64,000 nucleotides of DNA. Source: Chamaesiphon sp. Its GTDB lineage: Bacteria > Cyanobacteriota > Cyanobacteriia > Cyanobacteriales > Chamaesiphonaceae. A program made the translations under genes and the position numbers. Positions 26,101 to 32,704 of the stretch are shown one piece after another. Positions within the stretch are counted from its first letter, which is position 1, and each line of letters starts with the position of its first letter. The stretch spans positions 32,001 through 96,000 of the forward strand of contig CBDFFH010000055.1 of assembly GCA_965246715.1 (NCBI GenBank), read 5' to 3'. A model generated the notes under the pieces. It did not search any database. It was given only the letters and a program-made list of their open reading frames with translations, and was not told the DNA's origin.

Positions 26101-28725
26101 AATATTATCATTTTGGTTAGTCCCAGTAATATTGAACTTCTCAATATTTGAATAGATAACGCGATCGTAACCGCTAGCATTCCCAGCATAAAAATCACCA
26201 GCACCAGTGCCCAAATTCTGGCTATTAACAACTAGTCCAGAAGTATATGCCTTAGCAGAATAATCTAAGACTAAAGTATCGGTACCAGCACCACCATCAA
26301 CACTATCGTACTGATTGATATTGCCATCACTCGTACCAGGATTGAGAATGTCATCGCCATTTCCACCAGTAATCGTATCTACACCACCTCCAGCACTGAT
26401 GGTGTCATTATCATCGCCGCCACTGAGATTATCAGCTCCGCTTCCAGCCGTAATCGTGTCGTTACCAGCTCCGCCAATGACGATATTAGTACCATTTTTG
26501 ACATCGATAATATCGTTACCAGCACCACCATCGACAGTATCGTTAAAGTCACCAGCAATAACCGTATCATTACCACTCCCAAGCTTGAGATCGACTGCTT
26601 CAATATTAAGTAGCTGAGTGCCATTAGCTAACGTATTTGTGGTGTTACTTAGATCGATATTGTTGGCAATTGCGGTACTAGAAATATCAGTTTTGGCAGT
26701 ATCATTACCAGTACCACCATCGATAATATCGATACCACCATTGCCATTAAGCATATCGTTACCAGCACCACCAATTAAAATATCGTTTTGGCTGCCACCA
26801 GCAATATTGTCATTTTGGTTAGTACCAGTAATATTTAACTTCTCGATATTAGAATAGATAACGCGATCGTAACCGCTAGCATTCCCAGCATAAAAATCAC
26901 CAGCACCAGTGCCCAAATTCTGGCTATTAACAACTAGTCCAGAAGTATATGTCTTAGCAGAATAATCTAAGACTAAAGTATCGGTACCAGCACCACCATC
27001 AACACTATCGTACTGATTGATATTGCCATCGCTCGTACCAGGATTGAGAATGTCATCGCCATTTCCACCAGTAATCGTATCTACACCAGCACCACCAGAA
27101 ATGGTGTCATTGCCATCGCCACCAGCGAGATTATCATTACCAGTACCCGCAGTAATGGTGTCATTACCCAATCCACCCGTAACAACGTTAGTGCCATCTT
27201 TGACATCAATGATATCATTGCCATCACCACCATCGACAGTATCGTTAAAGTTACCAGCAAGGACTGTATCATTGCCACTACCCAACTTAATATTTATAGC
27301 CTCAATATTAAGTAATTGTGTCCCATTTGACAGGGTATTATTAGCATTACTTAAATCGATAGTAGTAGCAGTTGTGGTACTCGCAATATCTACGACAGCC
27401 GTATCGTTACCAATCCCACCATCGATCGTATCTACGCCAGTATGCCCATCGAGCGTATCATTACCCGCACCACCGATTAAAATATCATTAGAATTACCGC
27501 CAGAAATATTATCATTTTGGTTAGTCCCAGTAATATTGAACTTCTCAATATTTGAATAGATAACCCGATCGTAACCGCTAGCATTCCCAGCATAAAAATC
27601 ACCAGTACCAGTAACTAAATTCTGACTATTAACAACTAGTCCAGAAGTATATGTCTTGGCAGAATAATCTAAGACTAAAGTATCGGTACCAGCACCACCA
27701 TCAACACTATCGTACTGATTGATATTGCCATCGCTCGTACCAGGATTGAGAATGTCATCGCCATTTCCACCAGTAATCGTATCTACACCAGCACCACCAG
27801 AAATGTTGTCATTGCCATCCAACCCACTCAGGGTATCATTACCCGCTAACCCGGTAATCGTATCGTCGCCATTAGTACCCGTGATGTTGTCATTGCCACT
27901 CGTACCAGGAAAATCTGCCAGTACTCCCTGATAATCAGTCATCGCACCCGCACTAAAAGCTAGCGGTACCGATGCGGCTAAATTCCAATCGCCACCCAAC
28001 GCTGGATTGCCTGTCTTCGTTTCCTTGGCAATTACCCGCGTCTGAGTTAGTTCTTGCAGCCACCATACCAGTGCAGCACCACGCTCTGCCTGCGCCACTT
28101 CACAACCGTAAATCAAAATCTCCGCATCTGCTGCCAAAGACTTCGACCACGATCGCAAGCTGTCGGTGTACTCAGCTAGGGTATTCAAATCCAGACACTT
28201 ATTGCCTAACTCGATCGATCCCGATCCACCGTGAGAGACGATATGAATCGCTGTCAAGCCGCTGTGACACGCTAAAACATCGGTAATGCGATCGATCCCA
28301 TCTCGCGCTACATCCAGCAAAACAGTCTCGATCCCAGGCAATACACCCGCAGTCAGTAAGCGGTAATCTGTGATATTTCGATCGATAAAGACAATCTGTG
28401 TTGGTGCGATCGCCAGTTCGGCACCTCGTTCGCGTAGCGTCTGCGAAGCAGAATCGAGTAATGCTTGCGATAGATAGATCCGATCGGTACTCGCACCATA
28501 AGCACCCTGCGCCGTTCCCAGCACATCCGCGCTGACAATCTCGATCTCTGGCAAGCTCTCAAATTGCCCAGCCAGCCATTGCTGTCGGATCTGGACTAAT
28601 TTAACGCGATCGAATTCTTTCCCAAAAGTACTTGCGATCGTGTCCATAAAATTTGGGCGATCGGCAAAATAGCTGAGTCGATCGGAAGTAACTGCTAGGG
28701 CGCGCGCAAACAATGTAGTGGTCAT
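17140..28725 (-). CDS. Giant (~3860 aa) secreted Ca-binding protein: truncated N-domain, DUF4347, RTX repeats, many Calx-beta-like domains, C-terminal RTX/T1SS-type tail
   Basis: GGxGxDxxx nonapeptides; IHIVSHGGSG (DUF4347-like); repeated EGNSG...FTVTLS...DY...GTVTFAPG...ETF...ATGTI.NDD; tail RFIYNSQSGGLFFDADG. Probable start MTTTLF at ATG 28725. Confidence 0.92.
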   Translation of the reverse strand: MTTTLFARALAVTSDRLSYFADRPNFMDTIASTFGKEFDRVKLVQIRQQWLAGQFESLPEIEIVSADVLGTAQGAYGASTDRIYLSQALLDSASQTLRERGAELAIAPTQIVFIDRNITDYRLLTAGVLPGIETVLLDVARDGIDRITDVLACHSGLTAIHIVSHGGSGSIELGNKCLDLNTLAEYTDSLRSWSKSLAADAEILIYGCEVAQAERGAALVWWLQELTQTRVIAKETKTGNPALGGDWNLAASVPLAFSAGAMTDYQGVLADFPGTSGNDNITGTNGDDTITGLAGNDTLSGLDGNDNISGGAGVDTITGGNGDDILNPGTSDGNINQYDSVDGGAGTDTLVLDYSAKTYTSGLVVNSQNLVTGTGDFYAGNASGYDRVIYSNIEKFNITGTNQNDNISGGNSNDILIGGAGNDTLDGHTGVDTIDGGIGNDTAVVDIASTTTATTIDLSNANNTLSNGTQLLNIEAINIKLGSGNDTVLAGNFNDTVDGGDGNDIIDVKDGTNVVTGGLGNDTITAGTGNDNLAGGDGNDTISGGAGVDTITGGNGDDILNPGTSDGNINQYDSVDGGAGTDTLVLDYSAKTYTSGLVVNSQNLGTGAGDFYAGNASGYDRVIYSNIEKLNITGTNQNDNIAGGSQNDILIGGAGNDMLNGNGGIDIIDGGTGNDTAKTDISSTAIANNIDLSNTTNTLANGTQLLNIEAVDLKLGSGNDTVIAGDFNDTVDGGAGNDIIDVKNGTNIVIGGAGNDTITAGSGADNLSGGDDNDTISAGGGVDTITGGNGDDILNPGTSDGNINQYDSVDGGAGTDTLVLDYSAKAYTSGLVVNSQNLGTGAGDFYAGNASGYDRVIYSNIEKFNITGTNQNDNISGGNSNDILIGGAGNDTLDGHTGVDTIDGGSGNDTAVVDIASTTTATTIDLSNANNTLSNGTQLLNIEAINIKLGSGNDTVLAGNFNDTVDGGDGNDIIDVKDGTNVVTGGLGNDTITAGTGNDNLAGGDGNDTISGGAGVDTITGGNGDDILNPGTSDGNINQYDSVDGGAGTDTLVLDYSAKAYTSGLVVNSQNLGTGAGDFYAGNASGYDRVIYSNIEKVNITGTNQNDNISGGNQNDILIGGKGNDTINGNAGNDTIIGVNNSDTNPGNAEIDTFTGGADNDIFVLAANGKDFYATSGNGDYAKITDFSLTQDVIQLRGAATDYSVTATTIGGVTAPSTALYRGTELIAVLRGIDNTTIDLTSKAFSYTDSTVLNDTPPIVNIVKAVSQNEGNTGTSIANFAVTLSNPSTKTVVVPYSTADGTATTSNSDYVGTTIGSLTFQPGETSKNISVVINGDTAFESDETFTVTLGTPTNATLGTTIISTGTIRNDDLPTITIVATDAIAAETLTGETPNPGQFTLTRSGPTDKALDVAYNITGTSDRYEDYTLSSYFTARFAAGVSSVVIDLNVNDDNIFEGAAPETAILTIAPHDNPSLYPSAYGDAYAVGTANSATVTIADNDNRPTISITDAASVTEGNSGTMDSYFTVTLSNPSTEPVTVDYKTTDGTATLAGNDYTSTTGTVTFAPGILGKTIVVPVKGDVLVEGDETFTVDLSNAKNVTSITRSTATGTILNDDTYPTISISDAPAITEGNTGTKNAAFTVKLDHATGEAVTVQISTTDGTATIANNDYQALTNRLITFAPGTTSQVVNVAVNGDTEYEDNETFGVVLSSPTKGSIAKATAIGTINNDDVPTITVVANDASAAETLTGETAKPGQFTLTRSGPNAAALTNIQYTLTGTATKDKDYSVTGVAAFAAGSSTMVVDLNVIDDNIFEGATPEAAILTVVSNGYRVITEFGSGGNAVSYYDVPSTYVFGATATVDITDNDSRPTISIADVSKVEGNSGTSNAAFTVTLSNPSIETVTVDYKTSDGTATVAGNDYTTATGTVTFAPSTTSQVINVPITGDIIVEGDETFAVNLSNAKNATTITRSTATGTILNDDNGINVSVTNPNAAEGGANGVYTLTRTGSLTNALAVAYTLSGTAIAGSDYQPVTGIATFAAGAATTSVNLTVIDDTIFEGATPETVILTLTPSGNYAIGVNTGTINIADNDSRPTISVSNISIAEGNTGSSNAGFIVSLSNASVETVTVNLSTVDGTATTANNDYQALTNQLVTFTPGQTSKVANVAINGDLTFEPNETFGVVLSSATNGSISSIAGTGTGTIVNDDLPTISVAVTDANAAETLAGQPVNTGEFTFTRVGGEGAAKTFLYTLSGTANGSDYSIPGAVTFAAGITTATVTLSPTDDNIFEGATPETAILTLIDDSYYDGSYYSTHQYDRPATYRVDPANNTGMINIADNDSRPTISINNISLNEGNSGTTNAIFTVTLSNPSVETVTVDYSTANGSATAGSDYTASTGTVTFAPGQTTKTINISVIGDLTGEPDETFTVNLTNPQNATGITTATGTATIVNDDALVTVSSTANGAEGGSAGQFTFTRAGATTAPLTVNYTLSGTATNGSDYTIPVNATFAAGSNTALVNLNVIDDSIFEGITPETAILTLNSGTDYTVGVAASAIVTIADNDSRPTISVGNIAVAEGNTGSSNAGFIVSLSNASTETVTVNLSTVDGAATTANNDYQAVTNQLVTFTPGQTSQVVNVAINGDLTFEANETFGVVLNGATNGSISSTAGTGTGTIVNDDLPTISFAVTDANAAETLAGQPANTGEFTFTRVGGESVAKTFLYTLSGTANGSDYSIPGSVTFAAGSTTATVTLAPIDDNIFEGASPETAILTLIDDSYYDGSYYSTHQFDRPATYRVDPANNTGTIKIVDNDLRPTVTISDATQLEGTSVNNLGFNISLSNPTVETVTVNYNTADGTATIVGTPDFDPDYLGVTNGLVTFNPGETSKTINIAVNGDRDFESDETFTVNLSNSQNTSGIDRVTATGTIRNDDTLPVITIVATNSTSTEGVGEGLFTFTRTGGNPDRSLTVDFDLSGNATTRQGYGTRSGSITFAPGSNTATLGVPVGNNNVFNAYRSCVVTLRGGSSYSIGGGGAGGGGGGGGGGGGGGGGGAGGGGGSATVNIIDNDTAPVISIDDVSILEGDSGTKDLIFTVSLSNASDDFVTVDYGTADNTATAISDYLAKTGTLSFDPSELIAGTTTFTPGETSKTIIVKINGDTDIETNETFKLNLTNAVGGTIGKATGTGTIVNDDTAPGVPALPTLTVSVPDADAGEPNNNGRFLVTRTGSLTDTLTATYTIGGTATAGSDYQSLTGTVTFAANAATAAIDVNVLDDTSYEGATPETIVLNLSASATYNLGTISLGTVNITDDEIAPVVNPLLPVVTIVATNSTSTEGIGEGLFTFTRTGDTSNPLTVDFDLSGNATTRQGYGTRSGSITFASGSTTATLGVPVANNNVYNAYRSCVVTLRPNIGYAIGTGGTGSGGSGSGSGGGSGSGSGSGSGSGGSGGTGGTGGSGGGSATVTIVDKDPIPTLSINDVSILEGDSGTKDLTFTVTLSSASDDFVTVDYGTADRTATATNDYITKTGSLSFAPSELIAGTTTFTAGETSKTIVIKINGDTNFESDEIFNVNLSNAVGATIGKGTGVGTILNDDTIDPKLSISNVTLAEDNCDVTDFGFQITLDRASTKTVSVKYTTADGTATGGSDYTATTGILTFAPGETSKIVNISVTGDRTFEADETFKLDLSNAVNASIVTPSATGTILNDDLLPTLSGTEGADRIFGFTTDDIIFGNGGNDTIYGGAGNDIIFGGAGVDLIYGGAGNDTFGFNNPNEGIDKIYDFVAGEDRLTFCRCCFGDDAAFGSDPVGTLSAERFGIGSFATTASQRFIYNSQSGGLFFDADGIDGTSQVRIAQLVGNPTLTSNNFTLF
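20330..22470 (-). repeat. Internal duplication of a Calx-beta domain pair, offset 1410 bp
   Basis: ~20330-21060 closely matches ~21740-22470 (e.g. aggatcgacgcgataagttgctggtcgatc at 20341 and 21751). Confidence 0.9.
25370..27810 (-). repeat. RTX tandem array, 702-bp period with near-identical 1404-bp higher-order repeat
   Basis: The same segment recurs at 25613, 26315, 27017 and 27719; shadow ORFs 25613..26155 and 27017..27559 differ by one residue. Confidence 0.95.
28429..28452 (+). repeat. 24-nt SDR5-like element inserted in frame in the giant gene
   Basis: ctcg[ttcgcgtagcgtctgcgaagcaga]atcgag; adds SASQTLRE to LLD^RGAE. Confidence 0.75.
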
Positions 28726-28838
28726 CGGATTTTCGTAAGTAAAAAGTAGCAGACTTCGATCGTTAGCGTATATCTTTACACTAAGTAAATATCCTTCTCC
28801 TACCAATAATACCCACGATTACCCTGATTGATAACCTC

Positions 28839-28867
28839 AAAAAGTCACTAAAAAGTCACTACTTTTT
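28839..28867. promoter_or_regulatory. Putative operator: tandem AAAAAGTCACT x2 plus inverted ACTTTTT
   Basis: Perfect 11-bp direct repeat (28839-28849, 28850-28860), inverted half-site 28861-28867, and another GACTTTTT at 28983-28990. Confidence 0.5.
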
Positions 28868-29043
28868 CGCAAGAGACTAGCGGCAAGCGAGTCATATGGT
28901 ATATTTGCTTAGACGATCGCGGTTGCATGAGTCGCAGGAAATAGCCCAAAATCTCTTCTGTTGGGGCTTTGCATGGTAAACCGACTTTTTTCAGCCAAAT
29001 TGCATTCCTTACCACCCTCACGACTGAAATTAGCCCCTTTGCA

Positions 29044-32000
29044 ATGCAGCTAGACCGAGCCATCAAATTTACCAATCGGCTGCTTACGAATAGTCGTCAG
29101 CGCGAACTCTCCGAAATAGAACTAGTTGCCTTCACGGGGATCTGGACGGATATCTCCTACCAAGAGTCCAGCCTGACCTCCAATTACGAGATGGTCACGA
29201 TCAAAAATAACGCTTCCAAGTTATTGCAAGATCTGTCTGAAGCGCTCGGCGAGCGTGTAGCAAAAAAAAATTGTAAAAGTATCATCCTCCGACTCGCAAG
29301 TACCAATGAGGGACGAGTAGATTTAGCCGATGCCCCGACAGATATTCAACCTTTTTGCGGTCGGGATGCAGAACTGGAAAAGTTAACCGCTTGGTTGACG
29401 ATCGATCGCTGTAAACTTATCGGTATTCTCGGCATCGGTGGGATCGGTAAAACTGCGGTAGCTGCTAGATTGAGCGATCTAGATCTGACTGAAGACTTCG
29501 ATCTAGTTATCTGGCGATCGCTGCGCGAGGCACCACCACTCCAGCAATTATTGGGTGAGTTAATTCAATTTCTCTCCGAATTTACCGAAATAGAAGTACC
29601 CAAAAGTAGCGATCGGGCGATCGCCAGATTGCTATATTATTTGCGGCAAAAACGGTGTTTGCTTCTACTCGATAATATCGAGGCGATTATGGAAGCTGGC
29701 GATTTTGCAGGTAACTATCGATCGGGCTATGGTGACTATGGGCAGCTATTTCAGACGATCGGTACCACCCGCCATCAAAGTTGTCTGTTATTTACCAGTC
29801 GCGAACCGCCGCCAGAACTTGCCGAACTTGCAGGTGAAGATTTGCCCGTCCGCGCGCTCTATCTCGCGGGTCTGGATGATGCCGCGCAGTTATTACTCGC
29901 CAAAATTGGCTTAGATGGCAGTGAGAGCCAACTTTTAGCGATTGCCGAGCGGTGTCAAGGTAATCCGCTCTACTTGCGGATCGTCGCGAATACGATCGTC
30001 CATAGTTTTGACTCGCAAATCGAGAACTTTTTAGCTGCCAACCAATATACTTACGGTAAAATTGCCTTCGTCCTCCAAGCTCAGCTCGAACGGCTCTCTC
30101 CGGCGGAAAAACTGATTATCTATTATTTAGCGATCGGTCGCGAATCGATCGCGATCGAGAGTTTGGAGCGGCATCTCCAACCGCTGGGATATGCCGGAAA
30201 TATCGTCCAAACGATCGATTCGCTCCAACAACGCTCCTTAATCGAAGTCACCCAGAGTCAACGTTATACCCTCCAAAATGTGGTAATGGAATTTATGACT
30301 GGGGCGATAATTCACGAGTTAGCGATCGAGCTAGGTGAAGATCGCGATCTGTTTTTTTTTAACAGTTTAGCGCTCTATCCAGCCAGTTCGCCGACCTACG
30401 TGCGGGAGATTCAACAGCGGTTGCTTCTCAATCCGCTCATCGTTCGATTGAGCGCACAGCCAGTCAGAGGATCGGGACTGGAACGTTGTCATCACCTACT
30501 CCAGCGCTGGCGGCAAGCGGGGTTGACTCCAGGTTATGCAGTCGGGAATATTATAAATCTGTTATTAGCTCTGGGAGCCAATCTCCAAGGCTATGATTTT
30601 GCCAATTTGTATATCGCCGAGGTAGACTTTCAGGAATTGCAGTTACATCGCGTCAACTTTACCAATAGTCGATTCGATCGATGTCGCTTTTCCCAGTCGA
30701 TGGGGACGATTTTACATATTACCTTTAGCCCAGATGGTAAATATCTCGCCGCCTGCGATACCAATTTTCAGATTAAAATTTGGGATGTCGCCACCAATCA
30801 AGAAATCGCTCTCCTGCTCGGACATCAAAGCTGGGTCTGGCACGTTCAATTTAGTCATGATGGCAGATATCTCCTCAGCGGTAGCAGCGATCGCACGATG
30901 CGGATTTGGGAAGTTGCTAGTGGGAACTGTCTCCAAGTACTAAGCGGACATCAAGATTGGGTGTGGCGGGTGGCGTTTAGTCTCAATAGTAAACTGGCAA
31001 TCAGCATTGGAGCCGATCGCTATATCAAAATCTGGTGGTGGCGGACTGGACGCAATTTACTGACATTTAAAGTCCCCGATGCCCAAGTACGGGATGGTAC
31101 CTTTCATGGGAAACGCGGGTTGCTCGCCGTTTGTGGTGGCGAAGGGATTAAAATTTGGCAAATTTGGACGGGTCGGCGCATCCAGAAAATTGCGACTGCT
31201 AATGCCCTCAACCTGCGACTGATTTCCTTCAGCCCTGACGGAAGAACGCTAGTGGCAGCGAGTTTCACCTGCGAAATCCACTGTTGGGACATCGATAGCG
31301 GTCGCCATCTTGTGACACTATACGGACATCCCACCCAAATATTTGAAGTCAACTACGATGATGCGGGACAAATTATCTCCACTTGCTTAGAACAAGTACG
31401 GGTATGGAATCTGACGACGGGCACCTGTACCAAAACCATTAACTTGGCGCGGGATTGCGGGAAGGGAGTCGCCTATCGCTCGCCCCTAATTGTCACGGGT
31501 AGCGATAATGGGGTAGTTAAATTCTGGAATTTAGAAACAGGGAGATGTTTGCAAACCTCCACTGGTAACGCGCCCCGCGTGATGGAAGTAGCTGTCGCTC
31601 CCCACAGTCGGATCGTTGCCAGTAGCAAGGATGATGGGACATTACAACTATGGGATTTGAACGCACCGTTGGTGCGAGATTGTCTACCCCCCGTCCGAGT
31701 GGAACGCGGTCATCGTGGGATGTCAACATCGCTAGCTTTTAGTCCGAATGGTCGATTGCTAGCGAGTACGGGAAGCGATCGCGTTATCAATATTTGGGAT
31801 GTCAGTCGAGGTCAAATTCTTCAGTCGTTAACCGGACATACCGATTATGTGGTGCAGTTATTATTTGTAGACGATCGCACGTTGCTCAGTCGGAGCTATG
31901 ATGCAACGATCCGTGAGTGGAATTTGACAACTGGCGAATATGTGGTGTTGAATCTGCTCGAACGCCAATGGTGTATGGTCTTGGCACAATCTCTCGATGG

Positions 32001-32589
32001 TCGCTATACTGTCTTCGGTTCGGATACGCCAATATTGACTATTTTAGATCGTCAGACTGGCTTGTTGGGGGAGCCGCTCGGAACGCGAATCGCGACTCAC
32101 CCAGCCGTCGGTAGTCGGGTACGGACGATCGCCTATACTCTGGACTCACGTTTTATCGTCGCGATTACCGACGATCGCCAGCTCAATCTTTGGGATATTG
32201 AGGATAATTATCGCCATTGTCATTGGTCGATTGGCGATCGCGAAGCCATGTCGATTGTCGCGCACCCGCTCTACTTGCAGCTACTAGTTATCGCGACTGA
32301 AGATGGCATGATTTCGATCTGGGATCTAGATCGGCAACTTTGTCTGAGTCGGGTTGTCGGACACGATCGCGAAATTCGGGCGCTGAAACTTATTCATAAT
32401 CCCCACCAACTGGTCAGTTGTGGGATCGACGGCTCGATTAAAGTCTGGGAATTTGTGGACGATACATTGAGTGAAATATATGCGATCGACTCGATTAAAC
32501 CCTATCAGGATCTCAACCTGACTGGAGTAAAAGGTTTAAATCGATCGCAATTGCTCACCCTCAAACAGTTGGGAGCCATCTCTACTTGA
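29044..32589 (+). CDS. STAND NTPase: N-terminal HTH-like domain + NB-ARC + WD40 repeats
   Basis: Walker A GIGGIGKT, Walker B LLLLDNIE, LLFTSRE, GNPLYL, many GH...WD repeats, tail PYQDLNLTGVKGL...LKQLGA. Likely start MQLDRAIKF at 29044. Confidence 0.93.
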   Translation: MQLDRAIKFTNRLLTNSRQRELSEIELVAFTGIWTDISYQESSLTSNYEMVTIKNNASKLLQDLSEALGERVAKKNCKSIILRLASTNEGRVDLADAPTDIQPFCGRDAELEKLTAWLTIDRCKLIGILGIGGIGKTAVAARLSDLDLTEDFDLVIWRSLREAPPLQQLLGELIQFLSEFTEIEVPKSSDRAIARLLYYLRQKRCLLLLDNIEAIMEAGDFAGNYRSGYGDYGQLFQTIGTTRHQSCLLFTSREPPPELAELAGEDLPVRALYLAGLDDAAQLLLAKIGLDGSESQLLAIAERCQGNPLYLRIVANTIVHSFDSQIENFLAANQYTYGKIAFVLQAQLERLSPAEKLIIYYLAIGRESIAIESLERHLQPLGYAGNIVQTIDSLQQRSLIEVTQSQRYTLQNVVMEFMTGAIIHELAIELGEDRDLFFFNSLALYPASSPTYVREIQQRLLLNPLIVRLSAQPVRGSGLERCHHLLQRWRQAGLTPGYAVGNIINLLLALGANLQGYDFANLYIAEVDFQELQLHRVNFTNSRFDRCRFSQSMGTILHITFSPDGKYLAACDTNFQIKIWDVATNQEIALLLGHQSWVWHVQFSHDGRYLLSGSSDRTMRIWEVASGNCLQVLSGHQDWVWRVAFSLNSKLAISIGADRYIKIWWWRTGRNLLTFKVPDAQVRDGTFHGKRGLLAVCGGEGIKIWQIWTGRRIQKIATANALNLRLISFSPDGRTLVAASFTCEIHCWDIDSGRHLVTLYGHPTQIFEVNYDDAGQIISTCLEQVRVWNLTTGTCTKTINLARDCGKGVAYRSPLIVTGSDNGVVKFWNLETGRCLQTSTGNAPRVMEVAVAPHSRIVASSKDDGTLQLWDLNAPLVRDCLPPVRVERGHRGMSTSLAFSPNGRLLASTGSDRVINIWDVSRGQILQSLTGHTDYVVQLLFVDDRTLLSRSYDATIREWNLTTGEYVVLNLLERQWCMVLAQSLDGRYTVFGSDTPILTILDRQTGLLGEPLGTRIATHPAVGSRVRTIAYTLDSRFIVAITDDRQLNLWDIEDNYRHCHWSIGDREAMSIVAHPLYLQLLVIATEDGMISIWDLDRQLCLSRVVGHDREIRALKLIHNPHQLVSCGIDGSIKVWEFVDDTLSEIYAIDSIKPYQDLNLTGVKGLNRSQLLTLKQLGAIST

Positions 32590-32704
32590 ATCGATCGATA
32601 ACAAGTAGTTTTATGGATAAACTCCCGATCGATTACCAAGAACTCTTCACTTACTTTTGGAGCTGAAGATCTCTACGGTGGTGGCGATCGAGATTTTAAT
32701 AAAC

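Noticed and set aside
17531..27931. Many + strand ORFs (poly-Pro, Val/Ser/Pro-rich) inside the giant gene
   Set aside because: Antisense shadows of Gly/Thr/Asp-rich repetitive codons.
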